Assembly (NCBI GenBank): GCA_964361705.1
Contig: CAYIBP010000005.1
Coordinates: 1 to 55,250, forward strand
Direction of reading: 5' to 3'
Length of the DNA stretch: 55,250 bases
Source: an uncultured Candidatus Saccharibacteria bacterium
GTDB lineage: Bacteria > Patescibacteriota > Minisyncoccia > Phycocordibacterales > UBA9973
Below the pieces are notes generated by a model. It saw only the letters and a program-made list of their open reading frames with translations. It was not told the origin of the DNA and searched no databases. Shown here one piece after another: positions 45,326 to 54,998 of this stretch. The position numbers were made by a program, and so were the translations under genes. Within the stretch, counting starts at the first letter, position 1; the number at the start of each line of letters is the position of its first letter.

Positions 45326-46900
45326 CTACTTCTTGAAGTAATACTCGTAATAAGAAGCATTTTTGAAAAATGTCGTTGTCTTTCTTACATCTATTATTCT
45401 ACCACTAAAATATTCATAAACAGCGAGTTTGTTGCTCTCAAGTCGGAGCTGATACGCTGCGACATCAGGTAGGCTGACACGTATTTCTTTGCCGTTTTCA
45501 TTTATATAACCAAAAACTCTCGCGAAAAGGTCGGCCAAATCCCAGGAAAATTTATGCATGTCCATACCTTCTTTGTATCCATAGGTTTTTGCAAGTTCTG
45601 CGTTCTTGCTTATCTGTCTTGCAAACACATGCTCTATTCCTTCTTGATATCTGACGATAGCATCATCTGGCGGAGGAACTGTCTGTCCAAGTTTTAAATC
45701 TGCTTTGCAATCAATACCTGTCCAGATGCCATTTACCCATGCACCGCTTTGGCATTTATCTCCACTATCTCTCCAACCTCCACCTGTCCAATCCCCATCT
45801 CGCCAACCATCATCTACCCACTTCCATCCTTTTTCGGGATTGCACCAATTGTCATTTGGAAATCTGTCACAAAAATCTTCATCAGGTGGGTTCACGCAGA
45901 GATTGCTGTAAGGGTTTAAAATTGTTGGTGGGTTACAAGTGTTTGGAGTGATGCAACTGTTTGACCAATAAGAGAAGACTTGCGGAGGTGAACAGCGAAT
46001 AGGATCCGGTCCTGGAGTTGGGTCTGGTTCAGGTCTTTGGCAGTTTCTGGTGAATGGATTGTAAACTAGGGGTAGCGCACAGTTTGTGGTTCCTCCTCCT
46101 GAGCTTGTGTTTGCGCTTGTCGTAAAGCTCACAATCGAGCCATAAAACAATTTGCTCTCATTTGCTATTGTTGTTTTTCCTACTGCTCTGTACTGATATC
46201 TAGCCCTCGGAGTTAACTTTTTTAAATTAAAGCCTATATTTCCATAAATATTTGCATTGTTTCCTATGCCATAAACTTTTTCCCCAACTTTTGTCCATTC
46301 TAAAGAATTATTATCTGTCGCGTATTTTCTGTATTCAAAATAAGTTGTAACGGTTTCTCTCGAGCTGTAATATGCATTTAGTCTAGCCTCGGTAGTTTTA
46401 ATATTTGTGGCATTACTTGTCCTAATGGTAGTGGAGATTGGGCTTGTGTGAAAAGTCTGCACCACACTCTCTCCCCCGTAGGCGATGTGCTCTTTGTTGG
46501 AGATGATTGCGCAGTAATAATAAACAGTATCTGGAAGAAGTCCCGATAAGCTCGCACTGAAAGTCTTGGAATTCGTTATACCCAATACTTCATCTTCGGT
46601 TACTCTCATCCTCGTACCATATATGTCATTGCAGAAAATGGGCGGTATGTCTATTCTGGAATATCTAAAGTATCCTGTGATGGGCAGAGTAGGAGTGACA
46701 AAAGCATCTCCTCCTGCACCGTGCAGTGTCGCTGTGGTATAGCCCACATCTGTAGCTGGGTTTGTATAAACAAAAAGATTTGAAAGATTGCTCTCGGTTG
46801 GGCTTGGCACAGTGTCTTTTCTATCGCGATTCTGCGCTCCGGAAATAAACGGAGAAAAAAGCAACACACCAAACAAGATTTGTAATATTATTTTTTTCAT
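45326..46900 (-). CDS. Secreted protein with FN3-like domains and Cys/Trp repeats
   Basis: Signal peptide; LLPDTVYYYC, LTPRARYQYRAV; three short Cys-flanked repeats; GxW-rich segment. Confidence 0.8.
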   Translation of the reverse strand: MKKIILQILFGVLLFSPFISGAQNRDRKDTVPSPTESNLSNLFVYTNPATDVGYTTATLHGAGGDAFVTPTLPITGYFRYSRIDIPPIFCNDIYGTRMRVTEDEVLGITNSKTFSASLSGLLPDTVYYYCAIISNKEHIAYGGESVVQTFHTSPISTTIRTSNATNIKTTEARLNAYYSSRETVTTYFEYRKYATDNNSLEWTKVGEKVYGIGNNANIYGNIGFNLKKLTPRARYQYRAVGKTTIANESKLFYGSIVSFTTSANTSSGGGTTNCALPLVYNPFTRNCQRPEPDPTPGPDPIRCSPPQVFSYWSNSCITPNTCNPPTILNPYSNLCVNPPDEDFCDRFPNDNWCNPEKGWKWVDDGWRDGDWTGGGWRDSGDKCQSGAWVNGIWTGIDCKADLKLGQTVPPPDDAIVRYQEGIEHVFARQISKNAELAKTYGYKEGMDMHKFSWDLADLFARVFGYINENGKEIRVSLPDVAAYQLRLESNKLAVYEYFSGRIIDVRKTTTFFKNASYYEYYFKK

Positions 46901-46902
46901 TT

Positions 46903-49713
46903 TTAATAAAGATCCATTATATTTTCAAATGGGCCTGGACCAGTGTTTCCGGTTGGCATAGGTATTAAAGTTCTGTTACCAACTGACCTGTATCGTGAAC
47001 CCTCGTTTCTATCTTGTGGCACCAGATCATGTATTTTTAATCTTTCTGGACCGCGCTCTACATGGCTTGAGGATTCTTCTGTAGAAAATACGACGAAGCT
47101 TAAGAAACCTGGACCATATGTGTCATATTGGTTTTGAGAAGGCATTTTATTATCATATATTTTAGTTGCGTTGAGCGGGTCTGGTAAAGAAGATCCCTTA
47201 GAAAATAAATTATAATCGTACATTATTTCAAAAGGATAATCCATTCTTTTTACAGAGTTTACATTAAAGTTTTTCCAATCTAAAGCAGGTTCGAGTACTG
47301 TGCCTTTTGGTGAAGGAAATGGTTTTGCTGGTTTCATTAAATCCGCTTCACAGCCATAAGGACCCTTGAGCAGATTTTTATATATATAATCTTTTTTATC
47401 TATAATCTGTTTTAATATATTATCTGCTCTTGCTATATCATCCCCATTTACCATACTAGCTGAAACTCTACCAAATGCATTTATTTCTGATTTTAATTTT
47501 TCTTCATAATCTTCTCCACCATCAGGAAATTCCAGGTTTAACAAATCAATTTTTTCTTTTATTTCCCCCAATATTTTCACAGTATTTTTGAGTGACACTG
47601 TTTTTTCTTGATTCTTTTCTATTATACGCAGGTATCCATTAGACTGATTAAACGCAGAAGCTGCCTCTTTTGCAGCGGCTGGTAATATATCTATACTTGA
47701 AAAATATGTTTCATTCATTATGTTTACATATCTATCAAATACTGCATTTATAACATTTGATACTCCTTGCTTACTTAATATATAACCAACCCTATCGTCA
47801 TTTTTATTATTGTAATCGGGAAAATACCCAGTAATTTCATTTAAGTGAGAAGAATAATGAGCTCTAACCTTTTCAAAATCATCTTTGCCGAATAAGGAAT
47901 CAATAGCGAAATTGAATATTACTGCCAATATAGGTCCTAATACGTTTTTTGCTACTTTCCCTATTTTTCTACCTATCTTTTCCCCTATTTTTAGAATAAT
48001 AATGGTACCGAATACTTTTGATCCTGCAATAATACTATCCAGATCTCTGTCCTCCAAGGTTTCTTTTGTTTCCGATGGAATTAGATTTACAGCTATATCC
48101 AAGTTTTCTCGAGCATCATCTTCCCATCCTGGATGCGGACCCGGGATACAATAATCAAGCTGGTAGATTGTTGGCAAAAGCCCATACGCATTTGAAACAC
48201 CTGTGCTTGAATTTATATCATAAGGTTTGCCGTCAGTGGTGGAAAGCAATTCTTTGTTTTGTAAAGCGAGTTTGTCTGAATATGTTCTCTGTTCATCAAT
48301 CAAAGATTGAGATAGATCTGTGCGGATATTGAAGTCAGGATTTGCCGAGAGCCATGAATTTGAGAGGTGCACGGGCGAGAAATCTTTCTCTGTTCTACTT
48401 CTGTATGGGTCGGTACTGTAACCCGTATCATATATTAATCTTCCATCTGAACCTGTTTCATCAAAAGAGGCAAAACCTTTTTCTATAATATGGGTTGAGA
48501 ATTGGCTCAAGAGAGCATCTATTACTGCCGCAACTGCATCATTTAAATCTTCAACATTTAAATAGGCATTGTTTTGATAATTTAATGCAGTCGTAGCTGC
48601 TTCCGACACAAGTTTGCCTGGGGTTACATATTGCCATTCTTGACAAGTTCCTTCTATAAAGCCGTCCGCATCTATTTTACCTCGTACTTTTGCTTCATAG
48701 TCTTCCTGTCTGGTTAATCCTTTTGGGTTTATGCATCTTTCATCTCCCAAAAAGCCGTTTGCTGCCTGTAGCGCGTCTCGGATATTTTGCGCATTTGATT
48801 GCTCAGTGCCTGCCAATCTTGTTTGTATTTCGTTGTCGGCAAGGACTTTAAAACCAAAGGCATTATTCTGTGGATATTGAGTCATTGCAAGCCACGCATT
48901 CCATCCACCTCGGCCGAAATCTTGTTGGAATGTTACAGCAGAATAATCTGGTGTTGTGTTCTGTATTAGTCTATTTAAAGAATATTGCGCATTGTCGTAA
49001 AATTTATTATCAAAAGATCTTGCTGTGTCTTTTAGCCATGCTTTCCCAAAGGGGAAAAGTTCAGGGTTGTTAATTTCCAGTCCGAATTGAAGAATTTCGT
49101 TCTTTGCTATATCCCCGAAGAACTTTCCGGTGTTTTGTATGAATGCAGGTTTGCCATTGAAACCGCTATTTATCCAATTCACAGTGCTCACTGTCACTTT
49201 CTGTAATAGCATCTTTATTATAAGACGGCCAATGCTTTGTATGCATGTGGAGTTTTCGTTTATTGAGGTTGTAGACTTTTCTATTTTTTTTGTTCTTTTT
49301 AATAAATCTTCCAATAGAGCTCTTGCCCGTGAATCTGATGTTTCGACGGATCCTATCTGATCACCGAGAGTTTTTGCCATATCCTCAAACAATTGGTCTG
49401 CATTAAAATCAGATATTTCTGTATCAAGTTCCTGCGCAGCATCTAGTTCATCACTCGTAAATTCAGAATTGTCATCGTTGTTTTTGCCAATACCTATAAA
49501 ATTGCCTATCCCGGTGAACAAGCCTTTCATTTTGTTACTTGTCACGGCATTGCACTGAGGCAATTTTGCTATGATCGGCAAAAGTCCACCCACATATCCT
49601 TCTATGCCTTGCGCTTCAACCTTTTTAGTTTTCCAGACGCTGAAAAAAGGAGTAAAAACAAAACAAGACACCAAAACAAATGTTATTGAATTATAAAAAT
49701 ATTTTTTACTCAT
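46903..49713 (-). CDS. Large exported hypothetical protein of the T4SS-like cluster
   Basis: Signal peptide ending VEA-Q; STVNWINSGF.G.PAF, GGWNAW..PQNN, VTPG, DYCIPGPHPGW. Confidence 0.82.
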   Translation of the reverse strand: MSKKYFYNSITFVLVSCFVFTPFFSVWKTKKVEAQGIEGYVGGLLPIIAKLPQCNAVTSNKMKGLFTGIGNFIGIGKNNDDNSEFTSDELDAAQELDTEISDFNADQLFEDMAKTLGDQIGSVETSDSRARALLEDLLKRTKKIEKSTTSINENSTCIQSIGRLIIKMLLQKVTVSTVNWINSGFNGKPAFIQNTGKFFGDIAKNEILQFGLEINNPELFPFGKAWLKDTARSFDNKFYDNAQYSLNRLIQNTTPDYSAVTFQQDFGRGGWNAWLAMTQYPQNNAFGFKVLADNEIQTRLAGTEQSNAQNIRDALQAANGFLGDERCINPKGLTRQEDYEAKVRGKIDADGFIEGTCQEWQYVTPGKLVSEAATTALNYQNNAYLNVEDLNDAVAAVIDALLSQFSTHIIEKGFASFDETGSDGRLIYDTGYSTDPYRSRTEKDFSPVHLSNSWLSANPDFNIRTDLSQSLIDEQRTYSDKLALQNKELLSTTDGKPYDINSSTGVSNAYGLLPTIYQLDYCIPGPHPGWEDDARENLDIAVNLIPSETKETLEDRDLDSIIAGSKVFGTIIILKIGEKIGRKIGKVAKNVLGPILAVIFNFAIDSLFGKDDFEKVRAHYSSHLNEITGYFPDYNNKNDDRVGYILSKQGVSNVINAVFDRYVNIMNETYFSSIDILPAAAKEAASAFNQSNGYLRIIEKNQEKTVSLKNTVKILGEIKEKIDLLNLEFPDGGEDYEEKLKSEINAFGRVSASMVNGDDIARADNILKQIIDKKDYIYKNLLKGPYGCEADLMKPAKPFPSPKGTVLEPALDWKNFNVNSVKRMDYPFEIMYDYNLFSKGSSLPDPLNATKIYDNKMPSQNQYDTYGPGFLSFVVFSTEESSSHVERGPERLKIHDLVPQDRNEGSRYRSVGNRTLIPMPTGNTGPGPFENIMDLY

Positions 49714-49750
49714 TTTTTTGCTCCACTTCCCGAATTATTTACTTATTGTA

Positions 49751-50680
49751 TCACTCTTTCAGTAAATATGTCTCCAAATCCGTCACTGATTTTACCAAAT
49801 TGTCGCTGTATTTTTGGTATTGAGAAAGACCTGAAAGTCCGATGATGGGATCATCTATGATTTTTACCATATCAAGCACGCTGATTCCGGTGTTGTTTGC
49901 ACTATTTGCTATTTGCAGGTGATAACTCTTGAGATCAGAAGGCACAGACAGATCCATTGCCTTTTCGGCAAATTCTTTATAAGTTTCGCTTATTTTTGAA
50001 AGTTTGTCATATTGGGAAGATAAATTAGAGCTGTTGTTAGCAGAATACAAAGCTATATTACCACTTACTATTTCGAGTTCATCGCCTAGTCCTGATGCTT
50101 GATAGGTTTCAAACATTTTTTTTAAGTCGCTATAATACTTCTTTTTAGTATCCAAATCATTTTTTTGATTAAGTTTTATGTCCCCTGTCTTGTATTGATC
50201 TATTAAATTCGGATTAATTATCTTTTGTCCGAGGGCATTAGAAAAGCTGTTTATAGTATCATTGTCCACTTGTCCTGAAGATTTAAGCGCGGAATAACTT
50301 GCAAAAAATTCTCTGGCGAATTTTTCTGTTTCTGTCAGATTTTCTTCTTCTGCTATTGATTTTGATTCAATGTTTAATTCTTTCTTTTTGTTTTCTATAT
50401 AAGTGGCATCAGATATATCATCAAATGTCATTTTTTTATTTTTATCCGTACCCCACAGAGCCTCTTCCCAGTCTGAAATACCGTCATCGTCCGAATCGTT
50501 CTGCACTATTCCTAGCACGGTCTGTTCTTCTGTTTTGAGTAAATTGCTATTTTTTCTCTCTCCTGTGGCGAATTTTTCTATTCCTCCGGACATAAAGAAC
50601 ACAACAAAGACAACAATAACCAATACGGTTCCTATTCCCAGTATCTTTATAAAATTTTTACTTGGAAAATATTTTTGCAT
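49751..50680 (-). CDS. Membrane-anchored protein with a TSP3-like Ca-binding motif
   Basis: N-terminal TM; DSDDDGISDWEEALWGTD. Confidence 0.8.
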   Translation of the reverse strand: MQKYFPSKNFIKILGIGTVLVIVVFVVFFMSGGIEKFATGERKNSNLLKTEEQTVLGIVQNDSDDDGISDWEEALWGTDKNKKMTFDDISDATYIENKKKELNIESKSIAEEENLTETEKFAREFFASYSALKSSGQVDNDTINSFSNALGQKIINPNLIDQYKTGDIKLNQKNDLDTKKKYYSDLKKMFETYQASGLGDELEIVSGNIALYSANNSSNLSSQYDKLSKISETYKEFAEKAMDLSVPSDLKSYHLQIANSANNTGISVLDMVKIIDDPIIGLSGLSQYQKYSDNLVKSVTDLETYLLKE

Positions 50681-51121
50681 TTATTTTTTACTTGAAGATC
50701 CTCCAGATGTTCCAAAAAGAGTTATGGTATTCAAGGGCACGGTAACCTCTGCTCCTAAAAAGTGTATGCATTTAATAATAGTTTGTCCGCCATAATTACC
50801 TAATATTAAATCCCCTGTTTCTGTGGCTCCTCCTGTTCGTGGTGTTACTAGAGCTGGAATGAAATAGCTGACAGGTGTACCTGAAGGTGAGCCGATAGGT
50901 ATTATGGATATGGAGGTTCCTGTCATAATACAACCGAAACCCACAGATCTAAGCGCAATTATTTCTAATGCATCTGATGAGCTGACTACCCTACCACCAA
51001 ATGGCTTGAAAGAAAATGTAAGTCCAAAATTGAAAGAAGAAAATTGAGCGTAAGCGCTATGCAAACCAATAGACGAGAACAAAAATACTATAAGGATGAA
51101 TAGAATCGCGCCTTTTTTCAC
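50681..51121 (-). CDS. Secreted hypothetical protein
   Basis: Signal peptide ending AYA-Q; PFGGRV, ILGNY, ITLFGTS. Confidence 0.75.
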   Translation of the reverse strand: MKKGAILFILIVFLFSSIGLHSAYAQFSSFNFGLTFSFKPFGGRVVSSSDALEIIALRSVGFGCIMTGTSISIIPIGSPSGTPVSYFIPALVTPRTGGATETGDLILGNYGGQTIIKCIHFLGAEVTVPLNTITLFGTSGGSSSKK

Positions 51122-51128
51122 ATATATA

Positions 51129-51899
51129 TCATAGCAATAAAATCAATTTTATCCAATCAGAAAGTGTTAATTCCTCGGCTCTTTTATTGCCCAAATCATC
51201 CCAGACATGCTTTGCCGTGTTTTTTTTGAAACTCTTTAAGTTTGAAGTGAGTTTTTTGCGTTTATGGGCAAAGCCGAGGCGAATTATTTCCCAAAACTTA
51301 CTTTCGTCTATTTTGTTTTCTGTAAAAACCTTTCTTGATATGTTTTTTATAGCGATAACAGCCGAATCCACTTTCGGTGCTGGGGAAAAGTATCTGGCTG
51401 GAACTTTCTCTATGATTTTTGGTTCGCCATAAGCTTTTACTGATATTGAGAGTAGGCTTTCCCTACCATCTCTTGCCACTATTCTTTTTGCCACTTCATT
51501 TTGCACCATCAGCACCATCATTTCTGGCTGATTTTCTGCCGTCAGAAATTTTTTCAAAATAGCGCCAGTAATGTTATAAGGTATATTTGCTATTATTTTG
51601 AATTTTTTAAATTGAGAAGCATCAAATTCCAAAATATCATCTTCTCTTAAAATTAATTTTTTATTTTTTATTTCTTCTTTAAACTTTTCACTTAGGAATT
51701 CAAAAAGGACTTTGTCTTTTTCAATTGCTATTACTTGCCCAGCTTTCTCTAAAAGCTTTTCTGTCAGCGCGCCTTTGCCGGGCCCGATCTCCAGCACCAT
51801 ATCTCTTGGAAACAATTCTCCCGCTGCCACTATCTTATTTAAAGCAGATATTGATTTTAAAAAATTCTGCCCCAGTGACTTTTTTGCTCGATGTATCAT
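51129..51899 (-). CDS. rsmA: 16S rRNA adenine dimethyltransferase
   Basis: AKKSLGQNFL, VLEIGPGKGALT, ANIPYNIT, PAPKVDS, RAEEL. Confidence 0.97.
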   Translation of the reverse strand: MIHRAKKSLGQNFLKSISALNKIVAAGELFPRDMVLEIGPGKGALTEKLLEKAGQVIAIEKDKVLFEFLSEKFKEEIKNKKLILREDDILEFDASQFKKFKIIANIPYNITGAILKKFLTAENQPEMMVLMVQNEVAKRIVARDGRESLLSISVKAYGEPKIIEKVPARYFSPAPKVDSAVIAIKNISRKVFTENKIDESKFWEIIRLGFAHKRKKLTSNLKSFKKNTAKHVWDDLGNKRAEELTLSDWIKLILLL

Positions 51900-54800
51900 A
51901 TATAGATTGTTTTTACTGCTCCTTTCTCCCCCTCCTTTTCTAGAATATCAGAAGGAATGTCAGAGATAAATTCCGAAGGTGCATTGATCTGACGAGAGCC
52001 GAAAATAGTGCGAAAGTTTGCAAAAGATAAAAAGAGTTTTTCTTTTGCACGAGTGAGCGCCACATAAAAGAGTCTGCGTTCTTCTTCGTCGCCATCTACG
52101 CTTCTGGATTCTCCGTGTCTCTGGTGCGGGAAAAGTCCGTCTTCGAGTCCTGTGACGAAAACATATTTAAATTCTAATCCTTTTGATGCATGCACCGTCA
52201 TCAGCTTTACTGCATTTAACTTTTCCTTATCTTTTTTGGGTGCATCGATTAGTGAATCTTGATCAGAAGCGAGCGAGGCATCTTCTAAAAGCTTTTCTAC
52301 TCCTCTGCCATTTTCTAGATTGTCATATTTTAAAGCCAGTGTCGCGAGTTCTTTTATATTTTCCAATCTTTCTTTTTCTTCCTCATCTCCATCTTCCAAT
52401 TCCTTCTCTATTCCCGATCTTTTAACCGCAAATTTAATAACTTCTGACACTTTGAGTGTTTCTATTTTTTCCCTTATTTCATCGAGTGTTTTATAAAAGT
52501 TAGCTAACTTTATTTGCATTTTCACAGGTAGACTTTCTGTTTCCTTCGCAAATATTTTTGCTAGAGTTGCCTTGCCTATTCCTCTGGCGGGGAAATTTAT
52601 TATTCTTTTTATATCAGACAAACTTTCTCTGTTTAACGCCGCGCGCAGATATGCCAAGGTGTCTTTGATTTCTCTCCTCTCAAAGAATTTTACGCCCAAG
52701 ACTTGATATGGGATATTGTAGCGCAACATGGCTTCTTCCAACGCGCGAGATTGAAAATTGGCGCGGTATAAAATGGCTATTTCAGATAAAACAGAAGTCG
52801 GAAAATCATTTTTTATAGGGTCGCTGTCTACAATTTCTAAAATCTTTGTTGTCACAAAATCCGCTTCGTCATTTTCATCGAGCGCTTCATACAGGCCGAT
52901 CTTTGCACCAACATCGTTTTTAGTAAAAAGATTTTTATCTGGCCTATATTTATTTTTCTTTATCACTTCATTTGCTGCCTCCAAAATATTTTGCGTTGAA
53001 CGATAATTTTGCTCCAACAAAACAGTCTTAGCATCCGGATAGTCTTTTTCAAAACTCAAAATATTTTTTAGATTCGCCCCGCGCCAAGAATATATGCAAT
53101 TATGAGTGATTATATTGTTTGCTATAAAATTATGAGTTCTTTCTATGTCTAAATCAAAGAATTTTTTATTTTTTACTTTCTTTTTCAAAACTTCTCTGAT
53201 TACATCTATTCCATTTATGGAAAAGATTGCCATACCCGGTGTTACAGAGCTAGCAGGCATAAGAGGTAAAGAATTATGATCTTTTGGATTATTTTTATTA
53301 CCCCCTAATCTAGCGCTAAAGACAATGTTTGCATTATCAAAAAGGGAGGCTATTTTCATCGCAAGCATACAAGTTTCTCCATAATTTGCTCGAACAGTCT
53401 CAAACCTCCAACTCTTTGAGTTTTTTTTAGCTTTTCTTACAGAAATTCCTATTTTTTTTAGTTTATTTGCACTTAATTTGTCTTTACCTGACATAGAGAT
53501 AAGATGCATCGGATTTTTTCCTCTTTTGTCTGCGCACAAAACTACATTTATGTTTCTCCTGCTTGTACTATTACTCTGTGGCATATGATGAGGGTTTTCA
53601 TATGAAAGACCAATATCTGACAAAAGATTCTTCCCAGATATTTTGGTATTAAACGAGTTAAAGATTTCTTTCAAAGATTTTTGATCATGCACATATCCAT
53701 TTGAGTTAAAATTTTTATTTTTCCTTGGGATAAAAGGTATTGTTGGTATTTGATATTTTAGAGAAAAAATATATTCTTGAACACGGGCCTCCTGTTGGTT
53801 CTTATGTGTAGATATTACCCAAAGAGCGTCAGCATGTTCTTGGTTTGATCTTTGCACAAAACCCAAAATTGGTTTTTTTTGTCCCTTGGTATATATAGAA
53901 GTAGTACCGATTCTAAATCCAGTATTTTCTTTATACATCATATAGTTGATATATATTTGTGGTGTTATTCCAAATTTGTAACCAGCAAAGTGTGTGTGTT
54001 CTGGTGTACTGATGATTGTGTTACCGTTTTGTGTCTTTATTTGAATTATTTCACCACTCCAATTCACTATTTTTTTATTTAATATTCTTGCTTCTCTAAA
54101 GTCGCCACTACCAAAGTTTGATAGTATTAAATCTCCCTTTTTTGTGTTTTCTATTTTTTTTAATATACCATTTGCCATCTTTATTTTTGTTCCTTTTGCA
54201 AGACACTGATCTGTATCGCCCACGACGCAAATATTTTTATTTTTCTCGGAAAGCAAACGCGACATCAAGTATTGCACTTCGTTTGTGTCCTGATACTCAT
54301 CTATGTGTATATGAGTCCACCTGTCTTGATACATTTCTCTGATATTTTCGTTTTCTTTCAAGAGTTTTACAGATTTTAATAGCAAATCATCAAAGTCCAG
54401 CGAATTCTCTTGCGATTTTTTCTTTTCGTACAAACTCCAAACTTGCGCCACTATTTTTCCCAAATGATCGCTCGCCTTTTCCTCATAATCTGCCAGATGT
54501 GTAAATTTTCCCTTTTCTCTGCTTATGATATTGCCTATCTTTCGGGGATCGTATTGTTTTGGGTCAATACTTATTTCTTTTAAAGATTCTTTTATCAATG
54601 ATGTGCTGTCTCCGTCGTCTAGTATCGTAAAATATCTAGTCAATCCCAAAATATTCGCATTTTCTTTTATTATATGTACTCCAAGAGAATGAAATGTGCT
54701 GACGAAAGGCACAGTGTCCTGCTCGCTAGCATTTTTTTGTATTTCTGTGATTATCCTCTCCCGCATCTCTTTGGCAGCCTTGTTTGTAAAGGTAACTGCC

Positions 54801-54964
54801 AAAATATTTTCAGGTGCAACCCCACTTTTTATCAAGTTCACTATTCTATGCGTGATAGTTTTTGTTTTTCCCGCTCCTGCCCCTGCCACGACCAAAAGCG
54901 GCCCATTTACATGAGTCGCCGCTTCTTTTTGTTTATCATTTAAACCCTCGAGATGTTTTTCCAC
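51896..54964 (-). CDS. pcrA: UvrD/PcrA helicase containing an intein
   Basis: AGAGAGKT, TFTNKAA, IDEYQDTN, VGDTDQ|intein|CIYSWRGA, EQNYRST, TVHASKGLEF, EERRLFYVALTRA. Confidence 0.95.
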   Translation of the reverse strand: MEKHLEGLNDKQKEAATHVNGPLLVVAGAGAGKTKTITHRIVNLIKSGVAPENILAVTFTNKAAKEMRERIITEIQKNASEQDTVPFVSTFHSLGVHIIKENANILGLTRYFTILDDGDSTSLIKESLKEISIDPKQYDPRKIGNIISREKGKFTHLADYEEKASDHLGKIVAQVWSLYEKKKSQENSLDFDDLLLKSVKLLKENENIREMYQDRWTHIHIDEYQDTNEVQYLMSRLLSEKNKNICVVGDTDQCLAKGTKIKMANGILKKIENTKKGDLILSNFGSGDFREARILNKKIVNWSGEIIQIKTQNGNTIISTPEHTHFAGYKFGITPQIYINYMMYKENTGFRIGTTSIYTKGQKKPILGFVQRSNQEHADALWVISTHKNQQEARVQEYIFSLKYQIPTIPFIPRKNKNFNSNGYVHDQKSLKEIFNSFNTKISGKNLLSDIGLSYENPHHMPQSNSTSRRNINVVLCADKRGKNPMHLISMSGKDKLSANKLKKIGISVRKAKKNSKSWRFETVRANYGETCMLAMKIASLFDNANIVFSARLGGNKNNPKDHNSLPLMPASSVTPGMAIFSINGIDVIREVLKKKVKNKKFFDLDIERTHNFIANNIITHNCIYSWRGANLKNILSFEKDYPDAKTVLLEQNYRSTQNILEAANEVIKKNKYRPDKNLFTKNDVGAKIGLYEALDENDEADFVTTKILEIVDSDPIKNDFPTSVLSEIAILYRANFQSRALEEAMLRYNIPYQVLGVKFFERREIKDTLAYLRAALNRESLSDIKRIINFPARGIGKATLAKIFAKETESLPVKMQIKLANFYKTLDEIREKIETLKVSEVIKFAVKRSGIEKELEDGDEEEKERLENIKELATLALKYDNLENGRGVEKLLEDASLASDQDSLIDAPKKDKEKLNAVKLMTVHASKGLEFKYVFVTGLEDGLFPHQRHGESRSVDGDEEERRLFYVALTRAKEKLFLSFANFRTIFGSRQINAPSEFISDIPSDILEKEGEKGAVKTIYI
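53099..54205 (-). mobile_element. Intein, 369 aa, in PcrA/UvrD motif III
   Basis: Begins CLAKGTKI, block B TPEH, block F FFDLDIERTHNF, ends THN before Cys+1; interrupts the VGDxDQ-xIYxWRGA motif. Confidence 0.95.
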
Positions 54965-54998
54965 CAGTACAATATAGCACAGGTCTTCATTATCTTCC

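Noticed and set aside
185-54943. Many short ORF-track entries antisense to or nested in recognised genes (e.g. 6394-6894, 13490-14120, 28088-28567, 36101-36634)
   Set aside because: Shadow ORFs of well-supported genes, with no motifs or independent expression signals.
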